Notes: generated by a model from the letters alone, not told the origin. A DNA stretch of 64,000 nucleotides from an uncultured Rhodospirillaceae bacterium (GCA_964630265.1 CAZVRW010000006.1:753-64752), one strand, 5' to 3'. Counted from the stretch's first letter, positions 1 through 11,040 are shown. Translations and numbers: made by a program.

Positions 1-263
1 TTTGAAAGGCGCGCTAATCGCTCGCGTCAGTCAGCTTGACAGCATGCCGGTCTGGCGTAGAGCGCGCCTTCGTGTTGTCGTTAAAGCGGACGATTGCAGA
101 TGATCCAGGTACGGGGCGTCGACGACGCCGGCAGGGGATCGTTGGTGCGGCTCCCTGGGCGTCTGGGAAGTGGTTGCGCTTCGAAAGCTGGTGGCGATCT
201 GGTCACCGGCGCCAACATATGGTAAACATCACGGTCTTCTACCGACTTTGACATTTGGCTTCG

Positions 264-746
264 ATGAACGAGAAAAGCATCGCTATCGGCAGCGATCACG
301 CTGGCTTTCCGCTAAAGGACGCGCTGAAGCGGGAACTGGACACATGGGGATACACGGTTGTCGATCTCGGCGCGGCCGGGGCGGAGTCCGTCGACTACCC
401 GGATTTTGGTTATGCCGTCGCGCAGGCGCTGCGGGACGGTCGCGCCCGGCGGGGGATGCTGATCTGCGGCAGCGGCATCGGCATCAGCATCGCCGCCAAC
501 CGGTTCGCCGAGGTGCGCGCGGCGTTGGTGCACGACGCGTTGGGCGCGCGATTGGCGCGGCAACACAATGACGCCAATGTCGTCTGCTTCGGCGGGCGGA
601 TGATCGGTTTCGACGTTGCGCGGGACTGCCTGCGCGTGTTTCTTGAAACAGACTTTGAAGGCGGGCGGCACATCCGTCGGGTCGAGAAACTGTCACGACC
701 CGATGCGGCGGTTCTGCCCGCAACACCACGCAGCGAAAGGATATGA
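264..746 (+). CDS. rpiB: Ribose-5-phosphate isomerase B (RpiB/LacAB family)
   Basis: Translation [18 protein letters not shown]...[16 protein letters not shown]...ANVVCFGGR matches the RpiB family. The ATG at 264 is preferred over the in-frame TTG at 255. Confidence 0.9.
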   Translation: MNEKSIAIGSDHAGFPLKDALKRELDTWGYTVVDLGAAGAESVDYPDFGYAVAQALRDGRARRGMLICGSGIGISIAANRFAEVRAALVHDALGARLARQHNDANVVCFGGRMIGFDVARDCLRVFLETDFEGGRHIRRVEKLSRPDAAVLPATPRSERI

Positions 747-748
747 GG

Positions 749-2059
749 ATGTCGCTGATCGAGCCCAACGCGGACGTTTCGGCCCGCGACCGGTTCTTCG
801 CCCAACCGGTCGAGGAGACGGACCCCGAACTCGCCGCCGCCCTGGGCGACGAACTCCGGCGCCAGCGCGAGCACATCGAACTGATCGCCTCCGAGAACTA
901 TGTGTCCCGCGCCGTCCTGGATGCGCAGGGCTCGATCCTCACCAACAAGTACGCCGAAGGCTATCCCGGACGGCGCTACTACGGGGGCTGCGAGCATGTG
1001 GACGTCGCCGAGGCCCTCGCCATCGACCGCGCCTGCAAGCTGTTCGACTGCGATTTCGCGAATGTGCAGCCACATTCGGGCGCCCAAGCCAATGGTGCGG
1101 TCTATCTGGCGCTGTTGCAGCCGGGCGACGCGTTGATGGGGATGTCGCTCGCGGCGGGCGGACATCTCACCCACGGCGCGCCACCCGCGCAGTCCGGCAA
1201 ATGGTTCCATGCCGTGCAATACGGCGTTCGCCGCGAGGACGCGCTGATCGATTTCGACGAGGTGGAAGCCCTGGCGCGACAGCACCGGCCGAAACTGATT
1301 GTCGCCGGCGGGTCGGCCTATCCGCGGATCATCGATTTCGCCCGTTTCCGCCAGATCGCCGATGCGGTCGGCGCCTTGCTGCTGGTCGACATGGCGCATT
1401 TCGCCGGCCTCGTCGCCGCCGGCATCCATCCCAATCCGTTTCCCCATGCCCACGTCGTCACGACGACCACGCACAAGACGCTGCGCGGACCGCGCGGCGG
1501 GATGATCCTGACCTCCGATCCGGATCTCGCCAAGAAGTTCAACTCGGCGGTGTTTCCCGGACTTCAGGGCGGGCCGCTGATGCACGTGATCGCCGCCAAG
1601 GCCGTGGCCTTCGGCGAAGCCATGCGGCCCGGCTTCAAGATCTACGCGCAGCGGGTCGTGGAGAACGCGCGGGTGCTCGCCTCCGCGCTGCAGGATCGCG
1701 GGCTGGACATCGTCGCCGGCGGCACCGATACGCACCTGACGTTGGTGGATCTGCGCCCGAAACGGGTGACGGGCAAGGCCGCCGAGGCCTCCCTCGGCCG
1801 GGCGCATCTCACCTGCAACAAGAACGGCATTCCTTTCGATCCGGAGAAGCCGGCGATCACCTCGGGGATCCGGTTGGGCTCGCCGGCGGGCACGACACGG
1901 GGCTTCGGGCCGGCCGAGTTCCGCCGCATCGGCGACCTGATCGCCGACGTTGTCGACGGCCTGTCCGCCAATCCCGACGACAATTCCGCCGCCGAATCGG
2001 TCGCGCGCGAACAGGCGCGGGACCTCTGCCGACGCTTTCCCATTTATCCCGAGCAATGA
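749..2059 (+). CDS. glyA: Serine hydroxymethyltransferase
   Basis: Motifs [25 protein letters not shown] and [16 protein letters not shown] (PLP-lysine region). ATGs occur at 743 and 749; GAAAGGA at 735-741 favours 749. Confidence 0.95.
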   Translation: MSLIEPNADVSARDRFFAQPVEETDPELAAALGDELRRQREHIELIASENYVSRAVLDAQGSILTNKYAEGYPGRRYYGGCEHVDVAEALAIDRACKLFDCDFANVQPHSGAQANGAVYLALLQPGDALMGMSLAAGGHLTHGAPPAQSGKWFHAVQYGVRREDALIDFDEVEALARQHRPKLIVAGGSAYPRIIDFARFRQIADAVGALLLVDMAHFAGLVAAGIHPNPFPHAHVVTTTTHKTLRGPRGGMILTSDPDLAKKFNSAVFPGLQGGPLMHVIAAKAVAFGEAMRPGFKIYAQRVVENARVLASALQDRGLDIVAGGTDTHLTLVDLRPKRVTGKAAEASLGRAHLTCNKNGIPFDPEKPAITSGIRLGSPAGTTRGFGPAEFRRIGDLIADVVDGLSANPDDNSAAESVAREQARDLCRRFPIYPEQ

Positions 2060-2125
2060 ACTCAGCGGTGACGCCGCTCCGCGGCGGGAGCGGCGGCCGA
2101 TTGAACCAGGGGGAGACGACCATCG

Positions 2126-2578
2126 ATGCGCTGTCCGTTTTGCGGCCACGATGACACACAGGTGAAGGACTCCCGTCCAACCGAGGATCACGCGGCCATT
2201 CGGCGGCGGCGACACTGTCCGGCCTGCGGTGCGCGTTGGACCACCTTTGAACGGGTCCATTTGCGCGAATTGACGGTCATCAAGAAGTCCGGAGAAAAGT
2301 CGCCATTCGACCGTGACAAGCTGTTTCGATCGCTGAAAATCGCCTTGCGCAAGCGCCCCGTCGATGATGAACGCATCGAGCGGGTCGTCAACAGCATCCA
2401 ACGGCGCCTGGAAACCCTGGGGGAGCCGGAAATCCCGTCGAAGGTGATTGGCGAGATGGCCATGGAACAACTGGCTCAGTTGGATTCCGTCGCCTACGTC
2501 CGATTCGCATCCGTCTACAGAAACTTCCGCGAGGCCAAGGACTTCGAGACCTTCGTGGAACATCTGGGTGAGCGCTGA
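2126..2578 (+). CDS. nrdR: Transcriptional repressor NrdR (zinc ribbon + ATP-cone)
   Basis: [17 protein letters not shown]...[18 protein letters not shown] is the characteristic NrdR N-terminus. Length is 150 aa. Confidence 0.95.
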   Translation: MRCPFCGHDDTQVKDSRPTEDHAAIRRRRHCPACGARWTTFERVHLRELTVIKKSGEKSPFDRDKLFRSLKIALRKRPVDDERIERVVNSIQRRLETLGEPEIPSKVIGEMAMEQLAQLDSVAYVRFASVYRNFREAKDFETFVEHLGER

Positions 2579-3713
2579 TTCCGCACCCGACGCTGATGCC
2601 GCGTGGATGCGCGTCGCGCTGTCGCTGGCGCGACGCGGCGTCGGGCGGGTCTGGCCCAATCCGGCGGTCGGCTGTCTTCTGGTCCGCGATGAACACGTCG
2701 TCGGCCGCGGTTGGACGCAGCCGGGCGGGCGGCCCCACGCCGAAACCGAAGCGCTCGGTCGCGCCGGCCCGGCGGCACGCGGCGCCACCGCCTATGTCAC
2801 GCTCGAGCCCTGCGCCCATCAAGGCGCCACGCCGCCGTGTGCCGACGCCCTGATCGCGGCAGGGGTGGCGCGTTGCGTCGTTGGCGTGGAGGATCCCGAC
2901 CCGCGCGTGCAGGGACGCGGCCTGGAGCGACTGCGCACCGCCGGCATCGATGTCGTGGTCGGCCGGGAGGCCGCGGCCGCCGCCGACGTCAACGCCGGCT
3001 TTTTCCGCCGCATTCGCGAGGGGCGTCCCCACGTCACGCTGAAATCCGCTAGTTCGCTCGACGGTCGCATCGCTGTGGCTTCGGGGGACAGCCGCTGGAT
3101 CACCGGCGAACGGGCGCGCGCGGTCGCCCACGGCCTCCGTTCTTGCCATGATGCCGTGCTGATCGGCTCCGAAACCGCGCTCGCCGACGATCCGGAGTTG
3201 ACCTGCCGGTTACCGGGGCTCGGCGACGCTTCACCGCTCCGCATCGTCCTGGACGGCCGGCTGCGCCTGCCGCTCGAAAGCAGGCTGGCGCGGAGCGCCG
3301 ATCGGTTGCCGCTCTGGATCTTCTGCCGGGAGGACGCGGCGCCGGAAAAACGCAGCGCCCTGGCGGCCCGCGGGGTCGACGTCATCGCCATGCCTCCCGG
3401 CGATACGCCACGTCTCGATCCCCGTGGCGACACGCCACATCTTGATCCCCGTGGCGTGGCATCGGTCCTCGGCGACCGCGGCCTGACCCGCGTGTTGATC
3501 GAGGGCGGCGGTCGCCTCGCCGCTTCCTTTCTCGCGGCCGACCTCGTCGACGAAATCGCCTGGTTTCGCGCGCCGCTGGTTCTTGGTGCCGCCGGAGTGC
3601 CGTCGGTCGCCGCCCTTGCCGTGCCCCGCGTCACGGACGCTCCGCGGTTCGATCGGCGGGAGATCCGCCAACTCGGCGACGATCTGCTCGAAACCTTCGT
3701 CCGAACGCGCTAG
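2568..3713 (+). CDS. ribD: Bifunctional diaminohydroxyphosphoribosylaminopyrimidine deaminase / 5-amino-6-(5-phosphoribosylamino)uracil reductase
   Basis: Deaminase motifs [16 protein letters not shown] and [14 protein letters not shown], followed by a reductase domain (ASSLDGRIA...SRWITG). A GTG at 2568 overlaps the nrdR stop; an internal ATG a few codons downstream is also possible. Confidence 0.9.
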   Translation: MSADSAPDADAAWMRVALSLARRGVGRVWPNPAVGCLLVRDEHVVGRGWTQPGGRPHAETEALGRAGPAARGATAYVTLEPCAHQGATPPCADALIAAGVARCVVGVEDPDPRVQGRGLERLRTAGIDVVVGREAAAAADVNAGFFRRIREGRPHVTLKSASSLDGRIAVASGDSRWITGERARAVAHGLRSCHDAVLIGSETALADDPELTCRLPGLGDASPLRIVLDGRLRLPLESRLARSADRLPLWIFCREDAAPEKRSALAARGVDVIAMPPGDTPRLDPRGDTPHLDPRGVASVLGDRGLTRVLIEGGGRLAASFLAADLVDEIAWFRAPLVLGAAGVPSVAALAVPRVTDAPRFDRREIRQLGDDLLETFVRTR

Positions 3714-3722
3714 AAGCGGAAC

Positions 3723-4310
3723 ATGTTTACCGGCATCATCACCGACCTCGGCCGCGTCCGGTCCGTGGAGCCGCACGGCGACACCCGTTTCGTCTTCGAC
3801 ACGGGCTTCGAAACCGCGACCATCGCCATCGGAGCGTCCGTCGCCTGCTCGGGCGCCTGCCTCACCGTGATCGATCGGGGGCCGGGGTGGTTCGCGGTCG
3901 ACGTGTCGGCCGAGACCATCGCCTGCACCACGCTCGGCGATTGGCGGCCCGGAACACCGGTCAACTTCGAACGCTCCCTCCGCATGGGCGACGAACTGGG
4001 CGGCCATCTCGTCACCGGCCACGTGGACGGCGTCGGCGTCATCGCCGACGTTCGGGCGGAGGGGGACTCGCGGCGCACCCTCATCACCGCGCCCGAAGCG
4101 CTGTTGCCCTACATCGCGCCGAAGGGGTCGATCGCCGTCGATGGCGTCTCGCTGACGGTCAACGAGGTCGACGCGCGCGGCTTCGGCGTCAATATAATTG
4201 AGCACACCTGGACGGTGACGACCTTCGGCAGTCTCCGTCCAGGGGACCGCGTCAACCTTGAGATCGATCTGATCGCCCGTTATGTCGCTCGTCTCCTCTC
4301 ACGCTCTTGA
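3723..4310 (+). CDS. ribE: Riboflavin synthase alpha chain
   Basis: MFTGIITDLGRV start and an internally duplicated barrel (SLTV motif), 195 aa. Confidence 0.92.
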   Translation: MFTGIITDLGRVRSVEPHGDTRFVFDTGFETATIAIGASVACSGACLTVIDRGPGWFAVDVSAETIACTTLGDWRPGTPVNFERSLRMGDELGGHLVTGHVDGVGVIADVRAEGDSRRTLITAPEALLPYIAPKGSIAVDGVSLTVNEVDARGFGVNIIEHTWTVTTFGSLRPGDRVNLEIDLIARYVARLLSRS

Positions 4311-4317
4311 CCCCACC

Positions 4318-5436
4318 ATGCCAGCCGACGTGCTGTCGCCCGCCGACGAGATCATCGAGGCGGCGCGCAATGGCCGAATGGTCGTTCTCGTCGACGACGA
4401 GGATCGCGAGAACGAAGGCGATCTGGTCATCCCGGCGCAGATGGCGACGCCCGATGCGATCAATTTCATGGCCAAGTACGGCCGCGGCTTGGTCTGCCTG
4501 GCCCTTACCCATGATCGGGTGAAGCAACTCGGTCTGCCGCCGATGGCGCGTCACAACGTCTCGCGCCACCAGACCGCCTTCACCGTCTCGATCGAGGCAC
4601 GAGATGGAGTCAGCACCGGCATTTCGGCCTCGGATCGCGCCCGCACCATCCACGTCGCCATCGATCCGACCAAGGGGTCGGAGGATCTGGTCTCGCCGGG
4701 CCACATTTTTCCCCTGGAGGCGCGGGCCGGCGGCGTGCTGGTTCGCGCCGGGCACACCGAGGCGGCCGTCGACATCGCTCGCTTGGCCGGCCTCAACCCG
4801 TCCGGCGTCATCTGCGAGATCATGAACGACGACGGGACCATGGCGCGGATGCCGGATCTGGTGCCGTTCGCCCGGCGCCATGGCTTGAAGATCGGCACGA
4901 TCGCCGACCTGATCGCCTATCGCCTGCGTTACGATCGCATCGTCGAACGGATGCTGGAGACCACCCTCGACAGCGTCCATGGCGGCCGCTTCCGCATGGT
5001 CGTCTATCTCAATCGCACCGCCTATGCCGAACACGTCGCGTTGGTGAAGGGTGATCTGGCTGGCGCCGATCCGGTGCTGGTGCGGATGCATGCGGTGAAC
5101 GTCGTTGAGGATCTGCTCGGCGACAACAGCGCCGGCAACGCCCGGCTGTTGCATCAGGCGATGCACATGATCGGCGAGGCCGGCCGGGGCGTCCTGGTGC
5201 TGATCCGGGAGCCCACCAAGACCAGCCTGTCCCGGCGTGTCCGCGATAAGATCGAAGGCACCACCGAGCGTACCCCGGAATTGCGCGACTATGGTGTCGG
5301 TGCGCAAATCCTGCTTGATCTCGGGGTCCGCGAGATGACGCTGCTCAGCAACAGCCGCCGCACCGTCGTCGGGCTCGAGGGCTACGGCCTGAGCATCGAC
5401 GGCCATCGGCCGATCCCCCTTGAAGAGGTAAGATGA
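4318..5436 (+). CDS. ribB: 3,4-dihydroxy-2-butanone-4-phosphate synthase fused to a GTP cyclohydrolase II-like domain that lacks cysteines
   Basis: DHBP synthase motif [20 protein letters not shown] and GHTEAAVD. The C-terminal half is GCH II-like but has no Cys. Start is ATG 4318, or ATG 4282 overlapping ribE. Confidence 0.88.
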   Translation: MPADVLSPADEIIEAARNGRMVVLVDDEDRENEGDLVIPAQMATPDAINFMAKYGRGLVCLALTHDRVKQLGLPPMARHNVSRHQTAFTVSIEARDGVSTGISASDRARTIHVAIDPTKGSEDLVSPGHIFPLEARAGGVLVRAGHTEAAVDIARLAGLNPSGVICEIMNDDGTMARMPDLVPFARRHGLKIGTIADLIAYRLRYDRIVERMLETTLDSVHGGRFRMVVYLNRTAYAEHVALVKGDLAGADPVLVRMHAVNVVEDLLGDNSAGNARLLHQAMHMIGEAGRGVLVLIREPTKTSLSRRVRDKIEGTTERTPELRDYGVGAQILLDLGVREMTLLSNSRRTVVGLEGYGLSIDGHRPIPLEEVR

Positions 5437-5440
5437 GCCG

Positions 5441-5899
5441 ATGACCGACACGCCGCGCGTCCTGATCCTTGAAGCCCGTTTCTACGAGGAGATCGCCGAC
5501 GCCCTCGTCGCCGGTGCCGTTGCCGTGCTGGAGCGGGCAGGGGTGGCTTTCGATCGGCTGTCGGTACCGGGAGCATTCGAGTTGCCGGCAGCCGTAGCCT
5601 TCGCCCTGGACGCGGCGGAGGAGGTGCCCGATGCCCCGCACTATGACGGCTTCGTTGCCCTCGGCTGCGTCATTCGCGGCGAGACCGATCACTACGAACA
5701 CGTCTGCCGCGAAGCCAGCCGCGGCCTCATGGATCTGACGGTCGAGGACAGCATCGCTCTCGGCTTCGGGCTGCTGACCTGCGAGTCCTACGAGCAGGCC
5801 CGGATCAGGGCCGCTGCCGACCAGAAGAACAAGGGGGCCGACGCGGCCGAGGCGTGCCTCCGGATGATGGCGATCAAGCGTCAACTCGGTCTGGCATGA
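5441..5899 (+). CDS. ribH: 6,7-dimethyl-8-ribityllumazine synthase
   Basis: VPGAFELP, ALGCVIRGETDHYEHV and a C-terminal KG.EAA motif, 152 aa. Confidence 0.93.
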   Translation: MTDTPRVLILEARFYEEIADALVAGAVAVLERAGVAFDRLSVPGAFELPAAVAFALDAAEEVPDAPHYDGFVALGCVIRGETDHYEHVCREASRGLMDLTVEDSIALGFGLLTCESYEQARIRAAADQKNKGADAAEACLRMMAIKRQLGLA

Positions 5900-6390
5900 G
5901 CCGTCGCCCACACGGAACCGGGGTGCCGGGGCGCAAGGCCGCGCGGCTCGCCTGCGTCCAGGTGCTGTACGAGATCGACGTCTCGGGCGCCGGCTCGGAC
6001 CCGGTGCTGCGGGAGTTTCTCACCGATCGCTGGTCGGGCAATTCGAACGGCGACGCGATGGCGGTGCCCGACCGGTCGTTTCTCCGACGTCTGGTCTTCG
6101 GCGTCGACGAGCGCATGGCGGACCTGGACCGGGCGATCTCGGCGGCGTTGGCGCCCGATCTCGCGATTGACCGACTGGAAGTCCTGCTCCGCGCCGTGCT
6201 GCGGGCCGCGGCCTACGAGCTCATCGCCATGCCCGAGGTGCCGGTAAAAGTGGTCATCAACGAGTACATGGACGTGGCCCACGCGTTCTTCAGCGGCAGC
6301 GAGCCGGCCCTGGTCAATGGCGTGCTCGACCGCATCGCGCGCGAGACCCGCACCGCTCCACGCGCGATCTCCGCGGATGAACAGCCATAA
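5896..6390 (+). CDS. nusB: Transcription antitermination factor NusB
   Basis: The ATG at 5896 forms an ATGA overlap with the ribH stop. NusB-like helices are present (AARLACVQVLYE..., LRAAAYEL, INEYMDVAHAFF), and ribH-nusB synteny is conserved. Confidence 0.88.
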   Translation: MSRRPHGTGVPGRKAARLACVQVLYEIDVSGAGSDPVLREFLTDRWSGNSNGDAMAVPDRSFLRRLVFGVDERMADLDRAISAALAPDLAIDRLEVLLRAVLRAAAYELIAMPEVPVKVVINEYMDVAHAFFSGSEPALVNGVLDRIARETRTAPRAISADEQP

Positions 6391-7393
6391 GCCCCTGACC
6401 GAATTCGAGATCATCGCCCGCTATTTCGCACCGCTCGCGGCCGCCACGCCGGAAGCGTGTGGACTGCTCGACGATGCTGCGGTGCTGGCGCCGCGCGCCG
6501 GGCGGGACCTCGTCGTCAGCACGGACAGCATCGTCGAAGGGGTCCACTTCCTGGCCGGCGAGGACGGGGCGACCGTGGCGCTGCGGCTGCTCGCCGTCGG
6601 CTTTTCGGATATCGCCGCCATGGGCGCGGTTGCCACCGCTTACACGGTGGCCATGACCCTGCCGAAGGCCCTCCGTGGGGAGGCGCTGACGACATGGCTG
6701 GCGAGTTTCGCTGCGGGCCTTCAAGCCGGGCAGGAGGAGCTCGGGGCGCGCCTGATCGGCGGCGACACGGTGGTCGCTCCGGCACCGCTGACGCTGACGC
6801 TGACGGCGTTTGGCGAGGTTCCGTCCGGCGGCGCCCTGCGTCGGGCGGCTGCGGTGCCGGGCGACCGCATCTGGGTTTCCGGGACGATCGGGGATGCGGC
6901 GCTCGGCCTGATGGTGCTCAGGGGAGATCTGACGATCGATGCCCCGCCGCACCGCGAGCACCTCGTCGGGCGCTATCGTCGTCCTTCCGCGCGCATCGCC
7001 GTCGGCCGCGCCATCGCCGGTCTCGCGCATGGCGCCGCCGATGTCTCCGACGGCCTGCTCGCCGATCTTGGCCACATCTGCACGGCCTCCGGTGTCGACG
7101 CCGAGCTCACGGCGGACGCCGTCCCGCTGTCGGCGGCGGCCCGAACCGCAATGCTCACCACGCCGAACCTGTTGCCGACGATCCTTTCCGGCGGCGACGA
7201 TTATGAGCTCGTCTTCACGGCGCCGGCGGCGGCGACGGGCGCGATCCGCGCGGCGGCGGCGGACGTCGGCGTGGCGCTCAGCGACATCGGCCGGATCACC
7301 GCCCGAGCGGGTGGGGCGGCGGCGCATGTTCGCGTCATTGACGCGAATGGCGCGCGCCTGCGTCTCGATCGCACGGGCTTCACGCACCTTTAG
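6377..7393 (+). CDS. thiL: Thiamine-monophosphate kinase
   Basis: EFEIIARYFAPL, DDAAVL, VVSTDSIVEGVHF and GGDDYELVFT are ThiL/AIR-synthase-like motifs. It follows nusB as in many bacteria. Confidence 0.9.
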   Translation: MNSHKPLTEFEIIARYFAPLAAATPEACGLLDDAAVLAPRAGRDLVVSTDSIVEGVHFLAGEDGATVALRLLAVGFSDIAAMGAVATAYTVAMTLPKALRGEALTTWLASFAAGLQAGQEELGARLIGGDTVVAPAPLTLTLTAFGEVPSGGALRRAAAVPGDRIWVSGTIGDAALGLMVLRGDLTIDAPPHREHLVGRYRRPSARIAVGRAIAGLAHGAADVSDGLLADLGHICTASGVDAELTADAVPLSAAARTAMLTTPNLLPTILSGGDDYELVFTAPAAATGAIRAAAADVGVALSDIGRITARAGGAAAHVRVIDANGARLRLDRTGFTHL

Positions 7394-7579
7394 TTGGGCA
7401 GCACTCCACCGTCGGCATCCTTATGGTGCAATGCAACAAAGGTATGTTGCAACGGCCCGTTTCATCTGGCATTTTACATCGGTTGTGCGTGCGATCTCAT
7501 GACGTTGCGCGCTGGGGGGGAGCGGGGGAATTCGTCAGCTCCCGGTAGCGCGTGCCGACCGGGCAAAGGGCAAATCACC

Positions 7580-9679
7580 ATGTACGTCGTTGTTATTTTG
7601 TGTGGGCTTCTGGCGCTGGGGTATGGCGTCTGGGCGAGCCGCAGCGTGCTTGCCGCGAGCGCCGGCACCGACCGGATGCAACAGATTTCCGGTGCCATTC
7701 AGGAAGGCGCCTCGGCTTATTTGAACCGCCAGTATAAGACGATCGCGATCGTCGGCGTGGTTGTCGCCGTGATCCTGGCGCTGCTGCTGGGATTACCCGT
7801 GGCCATCGGCTATCTGATTGGCGGGATCCTCTCCGGCGCGGCCGGCTATATCGGCATGAACATTTCGGTCCGGGCCAACGTGCGCGTCGCCGAAGCGGCG
7901 CGGCGTGGCCTGGACGAAGGCCTGGGTGTGGCGTTTCGCGCCGGTGCCGTGACGGGCATGCTGGTGGCGGGACTCGCGCTGCTCGCGGTCGCCGTCTACT
8001 ACTTCATCCTCCTGGCCTTTGGCGCCGAAGGGCGCGGGATCATCGATCCGCTGGTCGGCCTCGGCTTTGGCGCGTCGCTGATTTCCATCTTTGCCCGTCT
8101 CGGTGGCGGCATCTTCACCAAGGGGGCCGACGTCGGTGCCGACCTCGTTGGCAAGGTCGAGGCCGGCATCCCCGAGGACGATCCGCGCAATCCGGCGGTG
8201 ATCGCCGACAACGTCGGCGACAATGTCGGCGACTGCGCCGGCATGGCCGCCGACCTGTTCGAGACCTACGTGGTCACCGTGGTTGCGACCATGGTTCTCG
8301 CGTCGATCTTCTTCGCCGGCGATGCCACGGTCGCCCGCAACATGATGCTCTATCCGCTGGCCATCGGCGCTGTCTGCATCCTGACCTCCGTGGTCGGCAC
8401 GTTCTTCGTCAAACTGGGCCGCAGTCAGAACATCATGGGCGCCCTCTACAAGGGCTTCATCGTAACCGCCGCGCTGTCGGCAGTGCTGATAATCCCGATC
8501 ACCTGGGTGAGCATCGGTTTCGGCCAGTTCACCGCCAATGACGTGACCTTCTCCGGCTGGAGCCTCTACTTCTGCGCCCTGGTCGGCTTGGTGCTGACCG
8601 GCATGCTCATCTGGGTCACCGAATACTACACCGGGTCGGACTATCGTCCGGTCAAGGTGATCGCCGATGCGTCGACCACCGGCCATGCAACCAACATCAT
8701 CCAGGGCCTTGCCATCTCCATGGAGGCGACGGCGGTGCCGGCGCTGCTGATCTGCGCCGCCATCATCAGCACCTACCTCCTCGCCGGTCTTCTCGGCATC
8801 GCCATCGCGGTGACTGCCATGTTGGCGCTGGCCGGCATGGTCGTCGCCCTCGATTCCTACGGGCCGGTGACCGACAATGCGGGTGGCATCGCCGAGATGT
8901 CGGAAATGCCGGAGGACGTGCGCAAGACCACCGATGCGCTGGATGCCGTCGGCAACACGACCAAGGCCGTCACCAAGGGCTACGCCATCGGGTCCGCCGG
9001 TCTCGGTGCTTTGGTGCTGTTCGCCGCGTACACCCAGGATCTCAAGTTCTTCATGGCGTTCCCGGACGAGTTCCCGTTCTTCGCCGATCTGTCCATCGAT
9101 TTCTCGCTATCGAACCCGTACGTGGTGGTCGGCCTGTTCATCGGCGGACTCTTGCCGTACCTGTTCGGGGCTCTTGGGATGATGGCCGTCGGTCGGGCCG
9201 CCAGCTCGGTGGTGAAGGAGGTGCGCCGCCAGTTCAAAGAGATTCCCGGCATCATGGACGGTACCGGCAAGCCGGAATACGGTACCTGCGTCGACCTGCT
9301 CACCCGCTCGGCGATCAAGGAGATGGTGATTCCCTCGATGCTGCCGGTGCTCTCGCCCATCGTCGTCTTCCTCATCATCTGGGCAATCGCCGGCCGGTCG
9401 GCGGGCTTCGAGGCGCTGGGGGCGATGCTGCTCGGCGTCATCGTCACCGGCCTCTTCGTCGCCGTCTCCATGACCGCCGGCGGCGGCGCCTGGGACAATG
9501 CCAAGAAGTACATCGAGGACGGGCATCACGGCGGCAAGGGCTCGGAGGCCCACAAGGCGGCCGTGACCGGTGACACCGTCGGCGATCCCTACAAGGACAC
9601 CGCCGGTCCGGCCGTCAACCCGATGATCAAGATCACCAACATCGTGGCGCTCCTGATCCTGGCCGTTCTCGCCCACTGA
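7580..9679 (+). CDS. hppA: Membrane-bound proton-translocating pyrophosphatase
   Basis: About 700 aa, polytopic. Motifs [60 protein letters not shown]. The ATG at 7580 begins the first TM helix. Confidence 0.95.
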   Translation: MYVVVILCGLLALGYGVWASRSVLAASAGTDRMQQISGAIQEGASAYLNRQYKTIAIVGVVVAVILALLLGLPVAIGYLIGGILSGAAGYIGMNISVRANVRVAEAARRGLDEGLGVAFRAGAVTGMLVAGLALLAVAVYYFILLAFGAEGRGIIDPLVGLGFGASLISIFARLGGGIFTKGADVGADLVGKVEAGIPEDDPRNPAVIADNVGDNVGDCAGMAADLFETYVVTVVATMVLASIFFAGDATVARNMMLYPLAIGAVCILTSVVGTFFVKLGRSQNIMGALYKGFIVTAALSAVLIIPITWVSIGFGQFTANDVTFSGWSLYFCALVGLVLTGMLIWVTEYYTGSDYRPVKVIADASTTGHATNIIQGLAISMEATAVPALLICAAIISTYLLAGLLGIAIAVTAMLALAGMVVALDSYGPVTDNAGGIAEMSEMPEDVRKTTDALDAVGNTTKAVTKGYAIGSAGLGALVLFAAYTQDLKFFMAFPDEFPFFADLSIDFSLSNPYVVVGLFIGGLLPYLFGALGMMAVGRAASSVVKEVRRQFKEIPGIMDGTGKPEYGTCVDLLTRSAIKEMVIPSMLPVLSPIVVFLIIWAIAGRSAGFEALGAMLLGVIVTGLFVAVSMTAGGGAWDNAKKYIEDGHHGGKGSEAHKAAVTGDTVGDPYKDTAGPAVNPMIKITNIVALLILAVLAH

Positions 9680-9700
9680 TCCGCCACCGTTGACAGAAAA

Positions 9701-9737
9701 AGCCCCGGAAGCGTCCGCTTCCGGGGCTGTTTTGTTG
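9701..9737 (+). terminator. Rho-independent terminator of hppA
   Basis: Perfect 12-bp stem AGCCCCGGAAGC / GCTTCCGGGGCT with loop GTCC, followed by GTTTTGTTG, 22 nt after the stop codon. Confidence 0.75.
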
Positions 9738-9871
9738 CTGCGGCACGGTGCGATCGGCTCGCCGCAGCCTGATCGACCGTGATCTAAACGATTGATGTCG
9801 ACTGATCAGCCGGTCCGGTCGACCGGACCGACTCGGTCGAGTTGCCATGCATCAGCGGACGACCCCGGCGC

Positions 9872-10342
9872 CTACTTGCCGTCGCCCTCAAAGCGGCCGA
9901 TATTGCCGATGAATTGTTCGATGATCGTCATCTCGTTGCCGCGGGTCGGCGTTTCGCGCTCGACCACCTGTACCTCGCGGCCGCGCTCCTTGCCGAATAC
10001 ATCGACCGACTCGACGGTTCCCGTGGGGTCGAAGCGGACCGAGACGACCGAGCGGTCGATGACTTCGGGCTTCAGGAAGGCGAGGGTGGTCTGTTGATCG
10101 CCGATGTAATGCCAGGTTTCCTCGCCAAACAGCGACACGGTGGACGGCGAACCGAGGATCAGTTCCACATCCTGACGGGTATGCGTGCCCGGGACGATCT
10201 CGGCGAGCCGCGCGGGTTCCGGCGTGTTGCCATGAACGGAGATCTGCGGCGAGCAGGCCGCCGCCACCAGGGCTGCGGTGCCGCACAGCACCAAGCGACC
10301 GCCGAGGCGGTGCGTTTTGCGGAATCGACTCATTCTGCCCAT
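9872..10342 (-). CDS. bamE: Outer membrane protein assembly factor BamE (SmpA/OmlA lipoprotein)
   Basis: Lipobox LVAAAC, then GNTPEP..L..I.PG.HTRQDVELILGSPS...WHYI typical of BamE. Start is ATG 10342 or 10333; the longer track ORF extension is not supported. Confidence 0.8.
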   Translation of the reverse strand: MGRMSRFRKTHRLGGRLVLCGTAALVAAACSPQISVHGNTPEPARLAEIVPGTHTRQDVELILGSPSTVSLFGEETWHYIGDQQTTLAFLKPEVIDRSVVSVRFDPTGTVESVDVFGKERGREVQVVERETPTRGNEMTIIEQFIGNIGRFEGDGK

Positions 10343-10476
10343 ACTCTTGCTAGATGGTTCTGTTCGCTCGATGGTTCTGATAGCGTGAACCTTCCGGCAC
10401 GGCCGAGACCTGGAAGTTCGCATCGCCGTCGGGCGCTTGTCAACCAACGACCCGTGCCGCCGCCGGGAGGGGTGCG

Positions 10477-11040
10477 ATGAGACTGCCGAAGCTGTTCGCT
10501 GAAAAGCCGTCGCGGCGGATCGCCCTGCGGCTGTATACCACCGCCGTGCGCCAAGCACGGACACCCGCCTTTTACCTGGATCTGGGCGTCGCCGACACGC
10601 CGGATGGCCGCTTCGACATGGTCACATTGCACGTTATTCTGTTGCTGCGGCGCCTGAAACGGGACCACGACCGAACCGCCGAGGATGCGCAGGCGTTGTT
10701 CGATCTGATGTTCGACGACATGGACCAGAACCTGCGTGAGATGGGCGTCGGCGACATCGGGGTCGGCAAGCGAATCAAGGGCATGGCGCAGGGCTTTTAT
10801 GGCCGGCTCCAGGCCTATGATGTCGGCCTGGATGCCGCGGATGACAGCCTGCACCAGGCGCTGCTGCGGAACCTCTACCGCAAGACCGCGCCGACGGCGG
10901 CGCAGGTCGCCACAATGGCGGCATACGCCTGCCGCAACGATGAGTCGTTGGCGGCGATGTCGGTCGACGAGCTTTACGCCAGCGACGCGCCGTTCGTCGG
11001 GCCCTGCATCCCAACCGACGGAATGGTCGTCGATGAGTGA
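10477..11040 (+). CDS. Ubiquinol-cytochrome c chaperone (Cbp3-like) family protein
   Basis: Pattern YLDLGVADTPDGRFDMVTLHVILLLRRL...DDMDQNLREMGVGDIGVGKRIK matches the bacterial Cbp3-like family from memory. Confidence 0.65.
   Translation: MRLPKLFAEKPSRRIALRLYTTAVRQARTPAFYLDLGVADTPDGRFDMVTLHVILLLRRLKRDHDRTAEDAQALFDLMFDDMDQNLREMGVGDIGVGKRIKGMAQGFYGRLQAYDVGLDAADDSLHQALLRNLYRKTAPTAAQVATMAAYACRNDESLAAMSVDELYASDAPFVGPCIPTDGMVVDE

Noticed and set aside
2074-2093. Hairpin CCGCTCC-GCGGCG-GGAGCGG after glyA as a terminator
   Set aside because: The 7-bp stem is perfect but is not followed by a U-tract, and nrdR starts 33 nt later. It may simply be a GC-rich coincidence or a weak attenuator.
410-2788. 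792-aa minus-strand ORF spanning rpiB, glyA and nrdR
   Set aside because: It is antisense to three genes with unmistakable family motifs. Its Arg/Ala/Gly/Pro-rich, low-complexity translation is typical of shadow ORFs in GC-rich DNA.
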